A stretch of 24,000 nucleotides of DNA from Spongiibacter thalassae (GCF_012272835.1 NZ_JAAWWK010000008.1:103500-127499), one strand, 5' to 3'. Positions 8,912 to 16,096 are shown, counted from the first letter of the stretch. Notes: generated from the sequence alone by a model not told the origin. Numbers and translations are program-made.

Positions 8912-8980
8912 ATATAACGCCCAGCTCAGCGGGCAATTGAAGCGTAGCGTAAATTGATCCGCTGCAGCTGTTTGTTAGGC
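8912..8980 (-). other. attC site, attC1 (cassette A / cassette 0 junction)
   Basis: Minus strand: GCCTAAC-AAACAGCTGCAGCGG...CCGCTGAGCTGGGC-GTTATAT. CAGCTGCAGCGG pairs with CCGCTG-AGCTG, leaving one extrahelical base. Confidence 0.88.
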
Positions 8981-9931
8981 CTACATTTCATATAGGCTCA
9001 GTCCCATTGCACTGCCAATTACATACCAAATATCTTGCCACTTTACATTTACTAAGTCAGTTCCAACATATCTGGTTTCGTCATTACCCCTTCGTAAAAG
9101 TTTGCCATTAGCGATATAGCTGAAATCATGCCCACCAAAATTTTCCACCGTCTTTTCTTTCGGTAAAACTGTCAGTAAAGGCTCTACGTAAACGGGGTCA
9201 TCTGCGACAACTAGAAATTGATCAAAGAGATGCGCAAAACTGACCATATGCTCACCTAACTCCAAGCTATACCATTCTTCGGACATTGTATTAATTCGTA
9301 CTTCGCCTTTTTCATATTCAAAGCATTGGCCATCTAAATGCTGCACCTCATGCTCATCCTCTGGGAGATGGAATATAAAAGCAGTTACGAAAGATTTTTC
9401 ATGCAGCCATTCAATCGCATGCGGGATGACGTTTTCAATAGGCTCGAAGGACAGCTCTCGACCAGGGTGTAATGTCTTGAAGAAGCGAAGTGCTTTAGCG
9501 GATTCCTGATAGAAAAACCTATAGTCTATATACAGGGCACGATAATTCGCTGGTTCCCGCTGCATCCTTTCCTTATATATTGTTCTTACCTCATCTACAC
9601 ACGCTTTGGCATTTCGGTTTATCTCTCGACCAGTAAACCGAATTACAGTATAGCCAGCCCGCGACAAATACCTTTGCCTGACTGCATCTTTCTCTAGTTG
9701 TTCGGGAGTAGAGTGGTAAGCATGTCCATCAAGCTCGATTATCAGACGTGCATCTCTTAAGATAAAATCAACTCTATAACGACCATGCTTTTCTTTATCA
9801 CCAAACCATTGCTCACTTTCTATTGCGTTGGCAAGATCATTTAGCTCTTTACTAAATTCTGCCTCAATATGAGAAGGCCCTCGATCTCTATACCAGCCTG
9901 GAGCATCTTTTGGCTGTCCTGGGTACTTCAT
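8981..9931 (-). CDS. DUF559-like (Vsr/PD-(D/E)XK fold) nuclease domain fused to an uncharacterised C-terminal region; cassette A
   Basis: RYRVDFILRDARLIIELDGHAYHSTPEQLEKDAVRQRYLSRAGYTVIRFTGREI is DUF559-like. AGGAG sits 4 nt upstream of the ATG, and the stop codon abuts attC1. Confidence 0.8.
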   Translation of the reverse strand: MKYPGQPKDAPGWYRDRGPSHIEAEFSKELNDLANAIESEQWFGDKEKHGRYRVDFILRDARLIIELDGHAYHSTPEQLEKDAVRQRYLSRAGYTVIRFTGREINRNAKACVDEVRTIYKERMQREPANYRALYIDYRFFYQESAKALRFFKTLHPGRELSFEPIENVIPHAIEWLHEKSFVTAFIFHLPEDEHEVQHLDGQCFEYEKGEVRINTMSEEWYSLELGEHMVSFAHLFDQFLVVADDPVYVEPLLTVLPKEKTVENFGGHDFSYIANGKLLRRGNDETRYVGTDLVNVKWQDIWYVIGSAMGLSLYEM

Positions 9932-9946
9932 AGAACTCCTTTTGCG

Positions 9947-10004
9947 GCCTAACGCTTAAAGCAGCCGCGCGCATTTATTCGTCGGTTGCCTTTACTTGTT
10001 ATGC
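9947..10004 (-). other. attC site, attC2 (cassette B / cassette A junction)
   Basis: Minus strand: GCATAAC-AAGTAAAGGCAACCG...CGGCTGCTTTAAGC-GTTAGGC, 58 bp, with imperfectly paired arms. Confidence 0.87.
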
Positions 10005-10336
10005 AATTCTTTAGTGCGAGCTGCATCAATACTGTAAATGTTTCTGCCACTTACCTTTCCCTCTTGTACTGACAAAACTACTCGGCCCCGGTATGTGTTT
10101 GGTAGTCGGCCCCAATCTCTGACGAAGACTTGAAGTCCACTGGGTAATCGCACATAGAATGCAGGATCAGCGGCAGACTTACCGGAAGAGTGCTTGGTGT
10201 AAGAAACCACCTCGGCCTCAATAAATTTTTTTCCGCCAGTGCCGGACTCAAACTGAAAATATGTAAGCGCACCGATGGCTAGGCAAACAGCCAGAACGCC
10301 AGCGGCTAACTTGATGTTCAATTCAACTGACTGCAT
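9992..10336 (-). CDS. Small protein with one N-terminal hydrophobic helix; cassette B
   Basis: ATG at 10336 (MQSVELNIKLAAGVLAVCLAIGALTYFQF...) overlaps the core site. The track start at 10360 would lie within attC3. The TAA stop at 9992-9994 is inside attC2. Confidence 0.65.
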   Translation of the reverse strand: MQSVELNIKLAAGVLAVCLAIGALTYFQFESGTGGKKFIEAEVVSYTKHSSGKSAADPAFYVRLPSGLQVFVRDWGRLPNTYRGRVVLSVQEGKVSGRNIYSIDAARTKELHNK

Positions 10337-10422
10337 AACGCCCGCAACAAGGGCGCACAAATAAGCGCAGCGTTTTGGGCGTCCCAGCGACCATCGGGAG
10401 CGAATGCTTGCGCTTGTTATGT
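10333..10422 (-). other. attC site, attC3 (cassette C / cassette B junction)
   Basis: Minus strand: ACATAAC-AAGCGCAAGC...CTTGTTGCGGGC-GTTATGC, 90 bp. Confidence 0.87.
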
Positions 10423-10438
10423 TTTATTACGTATTTCA

Positions 10439-10666
10439 TTATTTGTTTATTTTCGTTTTAGTCTTACAAATCCACCAAAAGGATATTCCTGATACTGAGA
10501 ACAACCCAACGGATACGAACCTATGCCAATCATTGAAACATACGACTCCATTATTGGTGGTGATACATTCCTGGAACCACAACCGTAGCCCAATACCAGC
10601 CAAACATATAGTAATGAGCAGAGGGAGCATTCTTTCCAACCTTGAAGCGAGGCTATCGTCACTCAT
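10439..10666 (-). CDS. 75-aa small membrane protein; cassette C
   Basis: MSDDSLASRLERMLPLLITICLAGIGLRLWFQ...FVSVGLFSVSGISFWWICKTKTKINK has two hydrophobic segments. It is the minus-strand ORF that fits between two attC sites. Confidence 0.5.
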   Translation of the reverse strand: MSDDSLASRLERMLPLLITICLAGIGLRLWFQECITTNNGVVCFNDWHRFVSVGLFSVSGISFWWICKTKTKINK

Positions 10667-10711
10667 TCTCTGACCATTTTTTCAATGCGGTTAACTTGGG
10701 TACTCGCGAAA

Positions 10712-10783
10712 ACATAACGCTCGCAACACCGGGCAATTTGGAGCGCAGCGGAAAATTGTTCCGCGTGCTTGCGCTTGTTATAA
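10712..10783 (-). other. attC site, attC4 (cassette D / cassette C junction)
   Basis: Minus strand: TTATAAC-AAGCGCAAGCAC-GCGGAACAATTTTCCGC...GTGTTGCGAGC-GTTATGT, 72 bp. Confidence 0.88.
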
Positions 10784-11584
10784 GGCCGTTGCACCGATTA
10801 ACTCGTTTTCTAGGCTTTTTAAGTTAAATACCCTCACTTCTTGAGGAAACATGAAGGTCACTGCGCTCGACTCAACCTCACGCGTAAACTGCTCAAGTGC
10901 CTCACCTTCCAAGTCGGTCGCTATTGCAAGTAGCAACGTCATTTTGTCGCCTTTAATATCTGGGAGCTCTTGAAATGTCCTTTGGATCTTAACCAATGAA
11001 GATCTGACGTTTCTAAGAGATGTGGAGTCTTTTATATACTTAACTTCAATGGCGTATACTTGGTTGCTTTTCTTACCTATTGCATCAAATAAGAATTGGG
11101 ATTTTCCCGACCTAAGCATTACTTCCTTTTCAATTTCATCAAATTCTTGTGACAGCTTGGTTATTACAAGCTCTTCCGCAAGGTAGTGAGTAGATGCTGT
11201 ACTTCTACGGATGATATTTCTATATGCCAAATCCACATTGCTAATATCTGAACCTACTGAATCCTCTACTACCTCAGATTCAGCTTCTATCTCAGAACTT
11301 AACTTCTCAAGCCTGTCGCCGGCTGTCGGCTTCCCAAAGAGCTTAAGAAAATTATCTTCATCCTGAAAATCAGAAGGAGCGTAGAGAACTTTGTGATTGA
11401 AGTTTAAGGTTAGGAAGAACAGAAAAATCAAAATCGTAGGAAATATCATCAAAAACCATACATACAAGTCCTGACTCCCTTCCTTTAAAAAGGGCAAGAC
11501 TATTGTTCCACTCACTTCTGCCAGCCCGGCAAATATAGCGATAATGGTTAGCGGATTACTTACCTTTTTAATCGTTTCGATCAT
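10778..11584 (-). CDS. Membrane-anchored protein with a C-terminal PD-(D/E)XK-like endonuclease motif; cassette D
   Basis: Two N-terminal hydrophobic segments (PLTIIAIFAGLAEVSGTIVLPFL and LYVWFLMIFPTILIFLFFLTL) precede KSQFLFDAIGKKSNQVYAIEVKYIKD (D...ExK). TTGGAG lies upstream of the ATG, and TAA lies in the attC4 core. Confidence 0.6.
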   Translation of the reverse strand: MIETIKKVSNPLTIIAIFAGLAEVSGTIVLPFLKEGSQDLYVWFLMIFPTILIFLFFLTLNFNHKVLYAPSDFQDEDNFLKLFGKPTAGDRLEKLSSEIEAESEVVEDSVGSDISNVDLAYRNIIRRSTASTHYLAEELVITKLSQEFDEIEKEVMLRSGKSQFLFDAIGKKSNQVYAIEVKYIKDSTSLRNVRSSLVKIQRTFQELPDIKGDKMTLLLAIATDLEGEALEQFTREVESSAVTFMFPQEVRVFNLKSLENELIGATAL

Positions 11585-11608
11585 GGGCGCTCCAATTTCG
11601 CCTTGGCC

Positions 11609-11615
11609 TTATAAC
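11609..11615 (-). other. Terminal cassette-boundary core site (GTTATAA) at the right end of the array
   Basis: Minus strand GTTATAAGGCC (11615-11605) is the exact reverse complement of GGCCTTATAAC at the R'' end of attC4 (10787-10777). That match is expected for the two ends of one cassette. Confidence 0.7.
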
Positions 11616-11790
11616 ATTATTATTATGAAGACCGGGGCCTTATATCACTGAGGCTCCTTATCTCGGGGGCTAAAATTGCAATGGAACCAGGAATCCTACA
11701 GATTCCATGGGCTTGGATGAATTTCGTCGAGTTAGTGATTGATGGTAGCAAGACTAGTTCCCTCTATCTGCTTTAGCTCCTTTTCCCCTG

Positions 11791-11818
11791 ATCATATACC
11801 CACTCATATAAAAATCAA
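11791..11818 (-). promoter_or_regulatory. Candidate promoter reading into the cassette array (Pc-like position)
   Basis: Minus strand TTGATT - 16 bp - TATGAT, about 175 bp upstream of the first cassette boundary. Confidence 0.3.
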
Positions 11819-12038
11819 TTAGTTAGCACTGGCAAAAAGGTGATAGTGAGCGTGTGGCTCCTGAAAAAGGGGAAAGTGGCGATTTGGGGGCAGCTTTTTT
11901 TTAAGCTGAGTGTCTGTTTTCTCCGAAGGGGGCGCTGGTGACTGTCCGCTTCTGACGAGCAGCCGACCTTCCTTGCGCCACTTGGAAGTGATGGGACGGG
12001 ATTATCAACAGGGTTTAGTGAGTGTCATCCCCCGATTA

Positions 12039-12060
12039 TGGGGTAGAGTCTGGGGTAGAG
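12039..12060 (+). repeat. Short tandem repeat next to the tRNA-Leu 3' end
   Basis: TGGGGTAGAG-TC-TGGGGTAGAG, two 10-bp copies with a 12-nt period. Confidence 0.8.
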
Positions 12061-12114
12061 CCAAGCGGCCACTTTATGGGTGAATCGACAGGAGTTGGAA
12101 CTTTTGGGAAGAAA

Positions 12115-12201
12115 TGGTGCCCAGGAGAGGACTTGAACCTCCACGGCCGTGAAGCCACTAGCACCTGAAGCTAGCGTGTCTACCAATTTCACCACCTGGG
12201 C
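12115..12201 (-). tRNA. tRNA-Leu (anticodon CAG)
   Basis: Reverse complement: GCCCAGGTGGTGAAATTGGTAGACACGCTAGCTTCAGGTGCTAGTGGCTTCACGGCCGTGGAGGTTCAAGTCCTCTCCTGGGCACCA. It has acceptor pairing, a CTAGC/GCTAG anticodon stem, loop TTCAGGT, GGTTCAAGTCC and an encoded CCA. Confidence 0.97.
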
Positions 12202-12327
12202 ATAGGGGATGAAGCGTGACTCAGTGAGTCGAGGCGCGCAATTTACTGATTAACCGCTTTTTTGTCAACGCTTGAGTTACACTATAGGCAAATTTTTTTT
12301 TGCATTGAGCACAGGAACTACTACTGC

Positions 12328-14712
12328 ATGGCTAAAAGCCGCAAAGAACACAATGATCCCCACGCCGCCCGCGAAGCGGAACGCTACGACAATCCGGTGC
12401 CCAGCCGGGAGTACATTCTTGAGAAATTAGGTGATGCCGAGCAGGGGATGTCTGCGTCGGCACTGCGCAAGTTGCTGGGTATAGAAGGTGAAGACGAGCA
12501 GGAGGGCCTGCGCCGACGGTTGAAGGCCATGCTGCGCGACGGTCAGCTGATCGAGGGGCGGCGCGGCCGCTTGCAGGCGCCAGTGGCGGGCGAGGCGGTT
12601 GTCGGTCGTGTGCAGGGCCATCGCGAGGGCTATGGTTTCGTTATTGTCGATGGCGATGACGATGTGTATTTGCACAATCGGCAGATGCAGCAGGTGTTTG
12701 ATGGTGACGTGGTGTCGGTAGAGGTGACCGGCAGCGATCAGCGCGGCCGTCGCGAAGGCATTATTGTCGAGGTGGTGGAGCGCAATACCCAGCAGCTGGT
12801 AGGCAAGCTGGTAGATCATCGCGGTCGTGCGATGGTGGTGCCGGAAAATACCCGTATTCAAAACTGGATCGCCCTGGAAGACGGGGATTTCCAGGGGGCG
12901 TCTAACGGTGACTACGTGATGGTGGAAATCACCCGTCAGCCGGGGATGCGCCAGCAGGCCCGGGGGCGGATAGTCGAGTTGCTGGGCGATCGGCAGACGG
13001 TGGGTGTGGCAACGGAGCTGGCCCTGCGCAGTCATGAGATACCCTTCGACTGGCCCGAGGAAGTTGAGGAGGAGGCGCGAAAGTTCGGTTCCGAGCCTCT
13101 GGAAAAAGACAAGAAACACCGGGCTGACCTGCGCGATTTGCCGCTGGTGACCATCGACGGTGAGGATGCCCGGGATTTTGATGACGCGGTCTACGCCGAA
13201 AAGAAAAAGTCGGGTGGTTGGCGTCTTTGGGTGGCTATTGCCGATGTCTCCCACTATGTGAAAATTGGTTCAGCGCTGGATGCCGAGGCTCATCGTCGGG
13301 CAACGTCGGTGTATTTTCCCGACCGGGTCGTGCCCATGCTGCCAGAGGCATTGTCCAACGGCTTGTGCTCGCTCAAGCCCGAGGTTGATCGCCTGTGTAT
13401 GGTGTGTGAAATGACCATCAGCGCCAGCGGTCGGCTGAGTGGTTACACCTTCTACGAAGCCGTCATGCGCTCTCATGCGCGTCTTACCTATAACGAGGTA
13501 GGCGCCATGCTGAGGGTGAAAGGCGCTGATCCAGAGAAGGACAGCGGTCGCTTCCACCAGTTTATTCCGCAGTTGCAAGAGTTGCACAATCTGTATCGCG
13601 CCCTGCGGGAAGCCCGCAGTGAACGGGGTGCCATCGACTTTGAAACCGTGGAGACTCGCATTGTCTTCAGTGATGAGCGTCGGATCGAAGCGATTGTGCC
13701 GGTGCATCGCCACGACGCTCACCGAATGATTGAGGAGTGTATGCTGATCGCCAATGTGGCGACGGCAAAAACACTGGAAAAGTCGGGGCTGGATGCACTG
13801 TATCGCGTGCATAATGGCCCGTCGGACCAAAAGCTCGGCAATCTGCGGGAGTTTCTCGGTGAAATTGGTCTGGGTTTGAAGGGTGGAGAGAAACCGTCTC
13901 CCAAAGATTATCAGGCCTTGCTCTCAACGATTGGTGATCGGCCTGATGGCCAGATGATTCAAACCATGCTGCTGCGCTCACTGAGTCAGGCGGTTTACCA
14001 GCCCGATAACGAAGGCCATTTTGGCCTGAACTACACCGGATACACCCACTTTACTTCGCCGATTCGGCGCTACCCCGATCTGTTGGTGCATCGGGCCTTG
14101 CGCTATTTGATGCGCAACGGTGGCGGCGACGCCGAAAGGCATTTCAGCATCGAGCCGAGTGCACCGGCTTTGCCGCGCAAGAAGATCTATCCCTATGATC
14201 TGGAAGCCCTGCTGACCCTGGGTGCCCACTGCTCGATGGCCGAGCGGCGCGCGGATGATGCCAGTCGTGATGTCATGGCATTTTTGAAGTGCGAGTTCCT
14301 GCAGGATCACGTCGGTAACGAATTCGAGGGCGTGATTGCTGCGGTCACCGGGTTTGGCTTGTTTGTTGAACTGCAGGATTTGTATATCGAAGGTCTGGTG
14401 CATATTTCGGCGCTGCCGCAGGACTACTACCAGTTTGATCAGGCCCACCAGCGGTTGATCGGTGAGCGCACACGTCGGGTTTATCAGTTGGGAGACAGCC
14501 TGCGGGTGCAGGTCATGGGCGTCGATCTGGACGAGCGCAAGATCGATCTCGCTGTGGTGGCTGGCGCGAATACGCGGCGAAATAAACCCTCGGTGCGCGA
14601 GGCTCTTGCCAAGGGCGAAGTGCCCGGTGCGAAGGCCAAGAAGGGGGCAGCCAAGCTGCCGCCGGGCAAGAAGGGTCCTGGTGGTGCCAATAAAAAACGT
14701 CGCCGTCGCTAG
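12328..14712 (+). CDS. rnr: Ribonuclease R
   Basis: Start MAKSRKEHNDP at 12328. GHREGYGFV, TIDGEDARDFDDAV, NYTGYTHFTSPIRRYPDLLVHRAL and a C-terminal S1 domain plus basic tail. Confidence 0.95.
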   Translation: MAKSRKEHNDPHAAREAERYDNPVPSREYILEKLGDAEQGMSASALRKLLGIEGEDEQEGLRRRLKAMLRDGQLIEGRRGRLQAPVAGEAVVGRVQGHREGYGFVIVDGDDDVYLHNRQMQQVFDGDVVSVEVTGSDQRGRREGIIVEVVERNTQQLVGKLVDHRGRAMVVPENTRIQNWIALEDGDFQGASNGDYVMVEITRQPGMRQQARGRIVELLGDRQTVGVATELALRSHEIPFDWPEEVEEEARKFGSEPLEKDKKHRADLRDLPLVTIDGEDARDFDDAVYAEKKKSGGWRLWVAIADVSHYVKIGSALDAEAHRRATSVYFPDRVVPMLPEALSNGLCSLKPEVDRLCMVCEMTISASGRLSGYTFYEAVMRSHARLTYNEVGAMLRVKGADPEKDSGRFHQFIPQLQELHNLYRALREARSERGAIDFETVETRIVFSDERRIEAIVPVHRHDAHRMIEECMLIANVATAKTLEKSGLDALYRVHNGPSDQKLGNLREFLGEIGLGLKGGEKPSPKDYQALLSTIGDRPDGQMIQTMLLRSLSQAVYQPDNEGHFGLNYTGYTHFTSPIRRYPDLLVHRALRYLMRNGGGDAERHFSIEPSAPALPRKKIYPYDLEALLTLGAHCSMAERRADDASRDVMAFLKCEFLQDHVGNEFEGVIAAVTGFGLFVELQDLYIEGLVHISALPQDYYQFDQAHQRLIGERTRRVYQLGDSLRVQVMGVDLDERKIDLAVVAGANTRRNKPSVREALAKGEVPGAKAKKGAAKLPPGKKGPGGANKKRRRR

Positions 14713-14747
14713 GGCGACGATCAGGAATTAAGTGCAGGAAGTCGTTT

Positions 14748-15485
14748 GTGAGTGAAACCCTATTTGGACTCCACGCTGTATTAACAGCGCTGGAGCGCCG
14801 CCCCGATGCCCTTCGGGAAATATATGTGTTGCAGGGGCGCCGCGATAAGCGTTTGCAGAAGGTGTTGGACCTGGCGGCGCGGCATCAGTTGCCCATTACG
14901 GAGCGCAGTCGCGAGGCCCTCGACAAAATGGTTTCGGGCCGACACCAGGGCGTAGTCGCGGTGGCCGATGCCATGGCCCCGGGGAGTGAAAAAGACATTC
15001 CGGGAATTGTTGAGGCCGCCGGCCGTGACGCGCTGATTCTGGTGCTCGACGGTGTTACCGACCCCCATAACCTCGGCGCCTGCCTGCGCAGTGCGGATGC
15101 TGCCGGGGTGCAGTTAGTGATTGCGCCCAAGGATAATTCCGCCAGCCTGAATGCCACCGTCAGCAAAGTGGCCTGCGGTGCGGCTGAGGCGGTGCCCTTC
15201 GTGCAGGTGACGAATCTCGCCCGTTGTCTGACCCAGTTACAGGACCTGGGCGTGTGGATAGTGGGGATGGCCGGTGAGGCCGACGACTCGCTATATGACT
15301 GCGACCTGACCGGGCCTCGCGCGCTGGTTATGGGGGCCGAGGGCAGTGGTATGCGCAGGCTGACCAAGGAGCGTTGTGACTACCTCGCCAAACTGCCGAT
15401 GGCAGGAGAGGTCAGTAGCCTTAATGTGTCGGTAGCCACGGGTATTTGCCTTTTTGAAGCAGTACGACAGCGTCGTTCGCTATGA
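14748..15485 (+). CDS. rlmB: 23S rRNA (guanosine-2'-O-)-methyltransferase RlmB (SpoU/TrmH family)
   Basis: GTG start; LFGLHAVLTALERRP, LVLDGVTDPHNLGACLRSADAAGV, LVMGAEGSGMRRLT, SLNVSVATGICLFEAVRQR. Confidence 0.94.
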   Translation: MSETLFGLHAVLTALERRPDALREIYVLQGRRDKRLQKVLDLAARHQLPITERSREALDKMVSGRHQGVVAVADAMAPGSEKDIPGIVEAAGRDALILVLDGVTDPHNLGACLRSADAAGVQLVIAPKDNSASLNATVSKVACGAAEAVPFVQVTNLARCLTQLQDLGVWIVGMAGEADDSLYDCDLTGPRALVMGAEGSGMRRLTKERCDYLAKLPMAGEVSSLNVSVATGICLFEAVRQRRSL

Positions 15486-15576
15486 TTTGGCTAAAAAATA
15501 CACGAATTCCTTGCATATACCGGCCCCCTTGCCTAAAATCCGCGCTCTTGATTTAACGGCAGCCACGTTCAGTTAA

Positions 15577-15620
15577 CGGGGTTGCCCTCCTTGCCACACC
15601 ATAATGGGTGGCTTAACCCG
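15577..15620 (+). promoter_or_regulatory. Possible S6:S18-type leader structure upstream of rpsF
   Basis: Outer stem CGGGGTT/AACCCG and inner hairpin GCCAC(a)CC-ATAAT-GG-GTGGC lie immediately 5' of the AAGGAG ribosome-binding site. Confidence 0.35.
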
Positions 15621-15633
15621 TAAGGAGCATACA

Positions 15634-16071
15634 ATGCGTCACTACGAAATCGTGTTTCTGGTTCATCCAGATCAAAGCGAGCAGGTCCCGGGCATGGTTG
15701 AACGCTATACCCAGGCAATCGAGAAGGATGGCGGCAAAGTCCACCGTCTGGAAGATTGGGGCCGTCGCCAGCTGGCATACCCCATCAACAAAATCCACAA
15801 AGCTCACTATGTGCTGATCAACGCAGAAGCAACTGCTGAAGCGATCGACGAGCTGACAACCAACTTCCGCTACAACGATGCCGTGCTGCGTAATCTGGTT
15901 ATCCGCTGTGATGAAGCCGTGACTGAAGAGTCGCCAATCATGAAGGCAGAGAAAGAGAGCCGCGAGCGTCGCAGCCGCAGTGAGCAGCGCACCGAGCGTC
16001 GCGACAACACTGAGCAGTCGTCTGGCAGCAGCGAAGAATCAGCCGAAAAGGCTGAGACCAGCGCCGAATAA
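15634..16071 (+). CDS. rpsF: 30S ribosomal protein S6
   Basis: [25 protein letters not shown]...[13 protein letters not shown], with a long charged C-terminal tail. Confidence 0.96.
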   Translation: MRHYEIVFLVHPDQSEQVPGMVERYTQAIEKDGGKVHRLEDWGRRQLAYPINKIHKAHYVLINAEATAEAIDELTTNFRYNDAVLRNLVIRCDEAVTEESPIMKAEKESRERRSRSEQRTERRDNTEQSSGSSEESAEKAETSAE

Positions 16072-16096
16072 TAGCGGATAGAGTGAGGATATAAAG

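Noticed and set aside
11616-12114. Search for an integron integrase or other recombinase gene beside the array
   Set aside because: No ORF in the track and no recognisable tyrosine-recombinase motif by eye, so I call the array CALIN-like rather than a complete integron.
6360-12114. CRISPR array or classical restriction-modification system
   Set aside because: The repeats are variable-length attC-like sites, not uniform repeats with spacers, and no methyltransferase motifs accompany the nuclease-like proteins.
12427-14690. Antisense ORFs of up to 275 aa opposite rnr
   Set aside because: Typical shadow ORFs of a GC-rich coding region; rnr is well supported on the plus strand.
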